Positions 1 to 6,481 of a stretch of 14,429 nucleotides of DNA are shown in pieces. The notes beneath the pieces were generated by a model. The model was not told the origin of the DNA. It saw nothing but the letters and a program-made list of their open reading frames with translations, and searched no databases. Position 1 is the first letter of the stretch. Each line of letters starts with the position of its first letter. The DNA comes from Polyangiaceae bacterium (GTDB lineage: Bacteria > Myxococcota_A > Polyangia > Polyangiales > Polyangiaceae), in assembly GCA_044376115.1 (NCBI GenBank), contig JBILLK010000056.1:1-14429 (forward strand), in the 5' to 3' direction. Position numbers and translations under genes: made by a program.

Positions 1-126
1 ATTGGCAAAGGCCAAGCACAGATGGAATCGGCCCGTCGCCTGGACGAAAGCGCTCGCGCATCTAGCCATCATGTTTCCCGACCGACTGCCCATCTAGGCA
101 AGTAACACGGAAATTCTGACACCCTC
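1..126 (+). mobile_element. Right end of an IS256-family insertion sequence; right terminal inverted repeat about 105-126
   Basis: ACACGGAAATTCTGACACCCTC (reverse complement GAGGGTGTCAGAATTTCCGTGT) begins 7 bp past the transposase stop and resembles IS256-family ends. The left end is outside the window. Confidence 0.72.
2..97 (+). CDS. IS256-family transposase, C-terminal fragment (runs off the left edge)
   Basis: Frame +2 reads LAKAKHRWNRPVAWTKALAHLAIMFPDRLPI*, matching the typical IS256 C-terminus (W..P...W..A...(F/L)AI.F.DRL). An IS256-type terminal repeat follows. Confidence 0.8.
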   Translation: MAKAKHRWNRPVAWTKALAHLAIMFPDRLPI

Positions 127-146
127 CCCATCAGTTCCTCGGTCCG

Positions 147-440
147 ATGTATGCCGATGGCTATTACCCGAACGAACTCGTCGACAAGGTTCGAGCGGTG
201 CTCTTCGAACTCTGTGAGCAGGTCGAGGCTTCGCCTTCCCTCTCGCTCGAGCGCCTCTACGTACTTTCACACGCGGCGACCGAACGCATTAACGAGATCG
301 CGCCGGAATTCGATGAGCACGACAGTGAGCTTGAAACCGTTGCACGAGAGGCGATCGCTGCAGAGTTCAGGAAGATTGCCGAATGCTACGGCTTTGCCGA
401 AGCTGACCTCGAGGAGCTGATCTCGCCACGAGACTGGTAG
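147..440 (+). CDS. DUF5713-family protein (small, acidic), probably 5'-truncated by the IS
   Basis: MYxDxYxPxxLVDK...LYxLxHAATExIN...SELETVARE...YGF...EELIxxRDW is the DUF5713 pattern. In-frame HQFLGP precedes the Met up to the IS end, and no Shine-Dalgarno (SD) sequence is visible. Confidence 0.8.
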   Translation: MYADGYYPNELVDKVRAVLFELCEQVEASPSLSLERLYVLSHAATERINEIAPEFDEHDSELETVAREAIAAEFRKIAECYGFAEADLEELISPRDW

Positions 441-445
441 ACGGC

Positions 446-1048
446 TTAAAGCCCTACCCAGGCGCACCAAGCGGGAGCGACTTCACGATAGGCGCGCATT
501 AGGCTCTGTACGTGTTGCTGGAAGACGCTGCGATACTCCTCGGCGATTGCGGTGAGGTTCTCCGGCACGCGGGGTTCTCCGGCGTAGAAGGCTGGAGCAA
601 GCTGGTCCTGCAAGGCGGCCCAGCGCTTTTGGCGCTCGGCTTGTTCTTCGGCTGAGCCTGGCTTGTCCGCGGGGACCGTCCAAGGCGCGCCTGCGTAGGA
701 CGAGGAGCGGACGAGCGCTCCGGTCATCGGGTCGAAGTAGCGCAGCTCGCCGGGCGAGGTCAGGGTCGGACGCCAATCCTGCGGGGCCTCCTTGGGCTTG
801 GGTCGCGAGTAGCCATAGTTGAACATCACCGCGAGCGGGCTCGGGCCAGCGCTATACGGCACAGGCTTCGACGTCCCCACGCCGCCTAGCGGCCAGCCTT
901 CACTCTGGATCGCACGCCGCGCGAGTTCTTCGGTACTCAACGGACTGGCCACTTCAACCTTCATATCGTTCTCTCCACATGCGAGCTGAACCAGACCGAG
1001 CAAGAAGGCTCGGCGAACCAGGGTGGTCTTGGGGCGCGCGCTCACCAT
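446..1048 (-). CDS. Putative lipoprotein, candidate immunity protein of the upstream PAAR-peptidase
   Basis: Start taken at ATG 1048, overlapping the upstream stop (ATGGTGA). N-terminus MVSARPKTTLVRRAFLLGLVQLA-C has basic residues, a short hydrophobic stretch and a lipobox-like LAC. It lies directly behind an effector gene. Confidence 0.65.
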   Translation of the reverse strand: MVSARPKTTLVRRAFLLGLVQLACGENDMKVEVASPLSTEELARRAIQSEGWPLGGVGTSKPVPYSAGPSPLAVMFNYGYSRPKPKEAPQDWRPTLTSPGELRYFDPMTGALVRSSSYAGAPWTVPADKPGSAEEQAERQKRWAALQDQLAPAFYAGEPRVPENLTAIAEEYRSVFQQHVQSLMRAYREVAPAWCAWVGL

Positions 1049-1983
1049 ACGGGCTGCTTGCTGACCGTCATCGGTAAGTCGGCCATCCCCTTGTTTACGT
1101 CGGCGATCGGGATGCGCGCAGCACACGTGCCGAGGCCCGTATCGTTGACGATAAACGCGGCGACTTCCCCGCTCGCGTTGTATTCGATGCCGGTGACCGC
1201 CACTTCGTGCAGCCAGTCGCTATTGACGTATGCGCCCCAGTGATAGGGCGTTAGTGACATCGAGACAGCGCGCCCGCTCTCGACCGCCTGCCGAATCGAC
1301 TCGACCGACTGCGGTGCCGTCTCTAGCTCGATGCCGTAGGCCTGGAGGATCTCCGTGCGGCCGTCGGCGCTGGTAGCTCCGTAGGCCCAAGGCTTGTTCA
1401 CGGGGTCGTCCCCTGCGAGGCCCATGGCAACTGCCTTGTGGAGCAGCTCATCCTCGGTGACGGCTGGTAGGCCTTGCGCCGCGCGTTGCTTGTTGATCAC
1501 GTTGCGCCACGACTCGAGCCCACAGTTGCCGTAGCTTTGGTCGGTTCCGCCGCTGGTCCTGGTTTTGGCAGCATTCAACCGAAGGTTGATGCAGTGAACA
1601 GAATGACTCGTGCCCTCATGAGAAAATGGCCGAAGGCCCGTGCTCATTGGACTTTGGCACGAGTCATTTAGGCACGCGACCTTCTGCGCCTCGAAGCTGC
1701 CGGCGGTTACTCCGGTGCGCGGTCCGCCGATCACGACATTCACCGAGCCACCAAAGATGGCTCCATCTGTCGTTAGGTCTCCAGCCCGCGCAGCCAGGCG
1801 CGAGTTGATGGTCACCGTGCCCGAACCAGTGACGACCAACTTACCGGTGCAGCCCGAAGCGTCGAGCGCCTTTGCTGCTGGTCGACCGTTGACGTTCACG
1901 CCGCGGGTAGCAACGGTCTTGAGCCCGTAGGCGTGGTGTCGACAGAGGGTGGGATCACCGTCTCTTGCTGCTTGATCTGCCAT
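1042..1983 (-). CDS. PAAR-domain protein fused to a papain-fold (C39-like) cysteine peptidase; putative T6SS effector
   Basis: SD GGAAGGAG precedes ATG 1983. PAAR-like repeats QAARDGD, VNGRPAAKALD and INSRLAARAGD end in GSVNVVIGG. The C-terminal domain has QSYGNCGLES (Cys), WLHEVAVTG (His) and IVNDTG (Asp). Confidence 0.85.
   Translation of the reverse strand: MADQAARDGDPTLCRHHAYGLKTVATRGVNVNGRPAAKALDASGCTGKLVVTGSGTVTINSRLAARAGDLTTDGAIFGGSVNVVIGGPRTGVTAGSFEAQKVACLNDSCQSPMSTGLRPFSHEGTSHSVHCINLRLNAAKTRTSGGTDQSYGNCGLESWRNVINKQRAAQGLPAVTEDELLHKAVAMGLAGDDPVNKPWAYGATSADGRTEILQAYGIELETAPQSVESIRQAVESGRAVSMSLTPYHWGAYVNSDWLHEVAVTGIEYNASGEVAAFIVNDTGLGTCAARIPIADVNKGMADLPMTVSKQPVW
1572..1668. repeat. 93-bp palindromic (REP/MITE-like) in-frame insertion flanked by CATT direct repeats
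   Basis: Perfect 13-bp inverted repeat AATGACTCGTGCC (1602-1614) / GGCACGAGTCATT (1656-1668). Inner ATGAG/CTCAT stem and GGCC-GAA-GGCC hairpin; second hairpin TCAACC-GAA-GGTTGA (1575-1589). CATT at 1572-1575 and 1665-1668. GC is 48/93 by hand count, lower than the flanks. Confidence 0.75.
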
Positions 1984-2052
1984 GGTATGACTCCTTCCCG
2001 GCAGCGGATGCTGCGGAAGTAGAGGCCAAAGGGCCCGCAAAGTTTCAGTGCG

Positions 2053-2709
2053 TTAGAGTGAAGTGACGCCGGCGGCGGTCAAGCTACTGTGCAATCGCTG
2101 TTTCACCTTATCGTGCAATCGCCGAACGGTTGATCGCGAGGTGTTGAGCTTGGCGGCGGCTTGATCGATGGTGAGGTCCTCGACGTAGAAGGCCTCAACC
2201 ACTTGGCGTTGGTCCTCGGGTAGGCCGTCGAGCAGGCGCTGTACGGTGCTTAGAGCGAACTTTTTCCACTGCACGTCCTCGAGCAGGTCGGCCGCCTCGG
2301 TGGTGGCGCCGGCGAGCGCCAGCGCGCAGGCGCGGTCCCGCATGCGATCCCAGCCGCTGCTGTGCGAAACGGGCGCTTGCTCGCCCGCGCTGGTAAGAGC
2401 AGCGTCGCGCTCGGCTGCGCCGAGCACGCGTTGCAGAGCTTTGGCGCCCACCGACTCAGCAAAGGCCACGCGAATCATCGCGCCTTGCAAGCGTTTGAAG
2501 GCAAAGGCTTGAAAGGTGAACCCAGCGTCCGGATCGAAGCGAAGGGCCGCGCGGACGAGCGCCTCATTGCCGGCACTCATGAGGTCGTCGATGCGCCCGC
2601 CTGTGCGATGAGCGACCAGCTTGGCGATGTCGCGGACCCACGGCGCTGCGGAGGCAACCAGCTCCTGTTGTCGCGGGGAGAGCGGGACGAGCTTGGGACT
2701 TTCAGTCAT
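2053..2709 (-). CDS. Sigma-70 family RNA polymerase sigma factor, FliA/WhiG-like region 2 plus region 4
   Basis: Region 2: DDLMSAGNEALVRAALRFDPDAGFTFQAFAFKRLQGAM. Region 4 HTH: LPEDQRQVVEAFYVEDLTIDQAAAKLNTSRSTVRRLH. 218 aa with a short linker. Confidence 0.9.
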   Translation of the reverse strand: MTESPKLVPLSPRQQELVASAAPWVRDIAKLVAHRTGGRIDDLMSAGNEALVRAALRFDPDAGFTFQAFAFKRLQGAMIRVAFAESVGAKALQRVLGAAERDAALTSAGEQAPVSHSSGWDRMRDRACALALAGATTEAADLLEDVQWKKFALSTVQRLLDGLPEDQRQVVEAFYVEDLTIDQAAAKLNTSRSTVRRLHDKVKQRLHSSLTAAGVTSL

Positions 2710-2716
2710 CGGCGGG

Positions 2717-3007
2717 TTACTTCTTTTCGCCGCTTGCCACTGCCTTTAACGCGGTCGCTGGAGTTCGCACCACAGTGCCGCTTGCCAGCTGCTCTTTCCG
2801 GCGCCGGTGCTCTTCCTCCAAGAAGGCCTGCTGACTCTCATCAAAGAGCAACTCGGTCTCCAGCATCACCGCCATCAAGGTGCGCAAGTTCTCCGGCAGT
2901 TCGGGCCCGAGGTCCTCGAGCACCTCGTCGGTGAGTTGGCCGGCGAGCGTCACGAGTTCCGGGTCACGAGCGGGAGGGGTGGACATGCTTGCTCCGAGGC
3001 GCTTCAT
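2717..3007 (-). CDS. Small acidic helical hypothetical protein upstream of the sigma factor
   Basis: ATGA overlap with the ATPase stop and a 7-bp gap to the sigma gene. GC-biased codons, Leu/Glu-rich. Confidence 0.7.
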   Translation of the reverse strand: MKRLGASMSTPPARDPELVTLAGQLTDEVLEDLGPELPENLRTLMAVMLETELLFDESQQAFLEEEHRRRKEQLASGTVVRTPATALKAVASGEKK

Positions 3008-3942
3008 GCTAGCCCCGCGTCGCCACTCAGAACAACCACGCGCTCGCGCGGCACGGCTCGCAAGATTCCCGGAGAGGTGGTGGTAACGAGGAGTTGTGCA
3101 TCCGGCAGCGAGGCGACCAGCGCTTCGAGGAAGCGAGCGTGCTCTTCCGGGTGCAGGCCCTGCTCAGGATGGTCAATCAGGAGCAACGAGCGGTGTAATC
3201 CCAGGCCCTCGATCGCCGCGGCAAACAGCACGAACATGCTTTCGCTGGTGGACAGCTCCGCTAGCTCGACGCGGCGCCCGCCCGGGCGAGCAAACACGCA
3301 GTCCCAGCCTGCGTCCGTTTGCTCGCAGCCAACGAAGTGAAGGCGTTGGGTCATTGCGGCTAGGCGTTTCGCGAAGGCTTGGTCCCTGCCGACCTCGCTG
3401 GCCAAGAGCACCCCGCTCTCGCGTAGTGCACCGAGCGCCTGCGCGCCGGCCTCGCGACTGCTCTCAACCAGGTACGCGCGGACCCAGGCGTACTTGCTCG
3501 CGTCGCGCGTGAGTCGCAGCTCCGCACGCATCGCCCCGTTGAAGTCACCATTCAACAGGCTCCGCCCCGCGTGGAAGTACTCGATCTTGAAGCTTGCTGG
3601 AGAGCGGTCATAGCGGCGTAGCCAAGCGTTGACGGCAGGCTTATGCCCAGCATTGTTCCAAGCCAATTCAAGCTCGTTCGTCGGCAGCTCGAGGCTACGC
3701 CGGGCAGCCTCCTCGAGCTTGAAGGTGGCTACGATGTCGCCAGCGGTGCCGGCTTGAAAGAAGCGGCTCGCTCGTGGAGCTGGGCCGCTGCCGCCCACGT
3801 GTTCTTTGAGCCCCGCGATCGCTTCGAGCACGGTGGTCTTGCCGCTGGTGGGCGGGCCGGTGAAGACGAACAGGCCTGAGGGCAATGCGAGATTGAGGTT
3901 TAGGCCGCGGACAGCCTCGAGCTTGAGTCGTGTGAGCTGCAT
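3004..3942 (-). CDS. ABC-type/AAA_21-like P-loop ATPase with degenerate signature and Walker B
   Basis: Walker A GPPTSGKT; signature-like LSTSE; Walker B/D-loop LLLIDHPEQGLHP; H-loop region LVTTTSP. Confidence 0.85.
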   Translation of the reverse strand: MQLTRLKLEAVRGLNLNLALPSGLFVFTGPPTSGKTTVLEAIAGLKEHVGGSGPAPRASRFFQAGTAGDIVATFKLEEAARRSLELPTNELELAWNNAGHKPAVNAWLRRYDRSPASFKIEYFHAGRSLLNGDFNGAMRAELRLTRDASKYAWVRAYLVESSREAGAQALGALRESGVLLASEVGRDQAFAKRLAAMTQRLHFVGCEQTDAGWDCVFARPGGRRVELAELSTSESMFVLFAAAIEGLGLHRSLLLIDHPEQGLHPEEHARFLEALVASLPDAQLLVTTTSPGILRAVPRERVVVLSGDAGLA

Positions 3943-3956
3943 CGTCTGGCTTTCTG

Positions 3957-5903
3957 CTAGGGGTTGAGTTCAATCAGATCGGCCTTGAGGGTGATCTTGC
4001 CCTTCTCCAACACGAGCGTGGAACCGCCGGAGTTGAGCGTGATCGAGCCGGGGAGAATCGAGATGGACGAGCCGCCTGCTTCGAGCGTGATGGCTTTGGC
4101 CTTCACAGAAAACTCAGCGCCATTGACGTGGCTTTCAGCGCCAATCGTCTCGACCTCGAGCGTGCCAGCATTGAGCCAGTACTTGCCTTGGACCATGTCG
4201 TTGCGCGTCTCGGAGACGAGGGTGAGAGCTCCGGTCGCTTTGACGATCAAGTCACTGCCCTGCCACGTCGTTGGTAGGCCGCAGTTTACGTTGGTGAATC
4301 CTGTGACCTTCATATCGGCGTGGCGGGCGACCTGAAAGGTCAGGTCTCGTCCGACGAGCCCACTGGCGTCACGCTCAATCGTGGAGTCAAAGTCGAGCTG
4401 CGCGTGGATTGAGAACCGTTCATTGCCAGCGCGATCGTCAAACAGGATTTGGTTGTAGCCGTCGCTATCCGGCGTGCTCTTGCTGCGCCAAACCGACTTT
4501 GCGCTGTCTTCCGGCAGATTGAGTGGTGGCTTGTTCTTGGCGTTGTGAATACGACCGACCACCACGGGCTCATCGGGGTCGCCATCGAGATAGGAGATTA
4601 AAACCTGCTCTCCGACTCGCGGTGCCGTGAATAGCCCGTAGCCGGGCCCTGCCCACGCCTGCGATACCTCGATGCGACGGGTGGAGAGCCGGCCGCGGTC
4701 CCACTCAAATTCGCAAAGCACCCGGCCGTATTCGTCGAGATCGATCTCGCCCTCACCGATCACGGTGCCCTTGTGTAGACCCGAGATACGCGGCTTTTCC
4801 TGTCGGGCGGGTAACCACGGCCGCGCTGCTGGAACACAGACGAGCTCGTGTCGTTGCACGGCCTCGTCGCTGATGCGCCATTGGCTCGAGGTCGAGACGA
4901 CCAATAGCTCCTCGAGCAGCTGCGCGGCGCCGAGTACGGTGAGCCGCGTTCCCGGTGCAACGAACACCGACGCTACCAGGTGGTACAGCGAGCTTTCCGC
5001 CGTGTGCTGGACCAAGCTCAGCTCCGCTTGGCGTTTCAGCGTTTGGTTGTCGGCGCCAGCACCGTAGGCAAAACGATAGAGTTCGAGCTCTTGGGAAGAC
5101 GCTGTTTGCGCACCCTCCACGGCGTCGAAGTCGGGTCGCAACATCCAGTCGTCCCGCACGGTGAAGTTGCCGGCCCGGAGTTGCCCGCTTGCCCGCAGGC
5201 CCCAGACGGCTGGTTCGCCTGCGACCAAGCGGCCCTCTTCCTCCGTGAACGGCAACTGTCGTTCGCGAAACGCGCGGCGAGTGTCGCTGGCGAGTACGAG
5301 CGAGGTCGCCTCGGCGAAGTCGTACCAAAAGCTAACGCCATCCGCGGCAAGCAACCGGGTCAGGCAATCCCAGTCGGTTTCAGCGTATTGCGCTCGTACC
5401 TCGTGCATCGGCAAGGCTTCGGCGCCGAGCTGTTTCAAGCGGCCGATCTTCGCGCCAAAGCGACGCACCAGCTCAGCGGCCGCGGCCATCGCGGTGCAAT
5501 CGCGGAATAGCCGATGATCGCTGCGCAAGCGCAGCCAGTCGCTGCGCGGGACGAGGGTGAGGTGGTAGCGAAAGCCAGCGAGCCCGTCTCCGAGATTCGC
5601 GGCGGCCGGCTCGAAAAGCTCGGCTGCGCGACACATGACCTGCAACGCTGTGGTCTCAACGCCTTCGCGTAGCAGTAGGCGCACGGGCCGACCGACGAAG
5701 TTGTGCGGCTGGTGTGCACTGGCGGTGCGAATGGTTGCGCTTAGCTCGAAGGCCTCGGAAAGAGCGAAGCGGCCGTGCGCCTCAATCACGCCAAAGCTCT
5801 GCTCGTCGTCCTCAAACAGCAGGTCGAGCGCCACGCTGGATAGGCCTTCAGCCTGGGGCAGTTGGGCTAGCTCGGCCTGGATAGGTGAAGTGCGGCTGCT
5901 CAT
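3957..5903 (-). CDS. vgrG: Type VI secretion spike protein VgrG (TssI)
   Basis: ALSEAFEL, HRLFRD, QYAETDWDCLTRLLAADGVSFWY, VSQAWAGPGYG, PRVGEQVLISYLDGDPDEPVVVGRIHN, WRSKSTP..GYNQILFDDRAG and a beta-repeat C-terminus ending IELNP. SD GGAG and TGATG coupling to the upstream gene. Confidence 0.95.
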   Translation of the reverse strand: MSSRTSPIQAELAQLPQAEGLSSVALDLLFEDDEQSFGVIEAHGRFALSEAFELSATIRTASAHQPHNFVGRPVRLLLREGVETTALQVMCRAAELFEPAAANLGDGLAGFRYHLTLVPRSDWLRLRSDHRLFRDCTAMAAAAELVRRFGAKIGRLKQLGAEALPMHEVRAQYAETDWDCLTRLLAADGVSFWYDFAEATSLVLASDTRRAFRERQLPFTEEEGRLVAGEPAVWGLRASGQLRAGNFTVRDDWMLRPDFDAVEGAQTASSQELELYRFAYGAGADNQTLKRQAELSLVQHTAESSLYHLVASVFVAPGTRLTVLGAAQLLEELLVVSTSSQWRISDEAVQRHELVCVPAARPWLPARQEKPRISGLHKGTVIGEGEIDLDEYGRVLCEFEWDRGRLSTRRIEVSQAWAGPGYGLFTAPRVGEQVLISYLDGDPDEPVVVGRIHNAKNKPPLNLPEDSAKSVWRSKSTPDSDGYNQILFDDRAGNERFSIHAQLDFDSTIERDASGLVGRDLTFQVARHADMKVTGFTNVNCGLPTTWQGSDLIVKATGALTLVSETRNDMVQGKYWLNAGTLEVETIGAESHVNGAEFSVKAKAITLEAGGSSISILPGSITLNSGGSTLVLEKGKITLKADLIELNP

Positions 5904-6349
5904 CAGGAGTCTCCTTTGGGCTTGAAGGGCAATACGGTTGGTGCGACCCGACCAAGTGGCTCGGTCTCGTCGAGCGACCAGTCGCGGTCGCTGGATCGCG
6001 GCGTGGGTTGTGCCGTCCGCACCGGGCTCACTGGCGGCGTGAAACCTCCAGGGACAAACGGCAACGCTGGCCCCTCCGGCAGCTTCAGTAGAAAGGCTGT
6101 CTCGTCACAGCTCGCAGGCGAAGCCGCGCCCTTCATGGCCCGCTTGCGAGCGGCAACAAAACACTCGCGGTAGCGCAAAGCCATCGGCTCTTGGGCGCGC
6201 AGGACCTTCGACCATTGCGCCAACGCTTGTTGCCACACAGCTTGCGGCACGGAGGCGCGCGCCAACACGGCCTCCTACGGCTCGGCGAGCTGAGCGCAAA
6301 CGCTGGCGAAGTCATCAAGCGAGCCAAGGGGGTCAAGCCTCGAGAGCAC
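5903..6349 (-). pseudogene. Hypothetical protein interrupted by an in-frame TAG (6275-6277); the downstream part is ORF 5903-6268
   Basis: GTG 6349 with SD AAAGGA reads MLSRLDPLGSLDDFASVCAQLAEP*EAVLARASVPQAVWQQALAQW in one frame. This resembles the myxobacterial helical motif L..YA..CA.L....EAVLAR......W......W. The tail has two DET...LPF motifs. Confidence 0.55.
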
Positions 6350-6384
6350 GGGGTTCCTTTCTGCCTCAAGTGATGAGGACCCCC

Positions 6385-6424
6385 GTAAATCACGCCGGGT
6401 GTGAGGACGTGCTCACGTATTTTT
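6385..6424 (-). promoter_or_regulatory. Putative promoter copy A (drives the vgrG-sigma operon): AAAAATACG-TGAGCAC-N15-GTGATTTAC
   Basis: TGAGCAC 6415-6409, 15-nt spacer, GTGATTTAC 6393-6385. Same boxes and spacing as copies C and D; 35 nt upstream of GTG 6349. Confidence 0.7.
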
Positions 6425-6428
6425 AGAG

Positions 6429-6469
6429 AAAATTGTTGAGCAGGTTTGGTTCGAGCGCTCGATATCTAA
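6429..6469 (+). promoter_or_regulatory. Putative promoter copy B (degenerate second box) upstream of PAAR-M35
   Basis: AAAATTGT-TGAGCAG (6429-6443), followed after 15-17 nt by TCGATATCTAA. SD GAGGA and ATG 6482 follow. Confidence 0.5.
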
Positions 6470-6481
6470 GCGAGGACGAAA

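Noticed and set aside
1575..1638. Hairpins read as RNA cUUCGg tetraloops or a riboswitch/ribozyme on the mRNA strand
   Set aside because: The pairing register gives 3-nt loops (GAA on +, UUC on -), and I recognise no aptamer or ribozyme core.
1573..1673. The 93-bp element as an integron attC site (ATTCAAC ... TTTAGGC)
   Set aside because: The right end is not GTTRRRY, the long inverted repeat does not pair the two ends, and there is no cassette organisation or integrase.
1984..2040. Upstream start at 2040 for the PAAR-peptidase, and a possible TGAAAC...CTCTAC promoter in this gap
   Set aside because: A strong SD supports ATG 1983. The promoter-like string occurs once and does not match the recurrent motif.
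2053..2709. Calling the sigma factor fliA
   Set aside because: Region 2 is FliA-like, but region 3 appears reduced and there is no flagellar context, so no symbol was assigned.
6400..6417. TGTGA-N8-TCACG palindrome as a CRP/FNR-type site
   Set aside because: Spacing is not the canonical N6, and one half is already explained by the TGAGCAC box of motif copy A.
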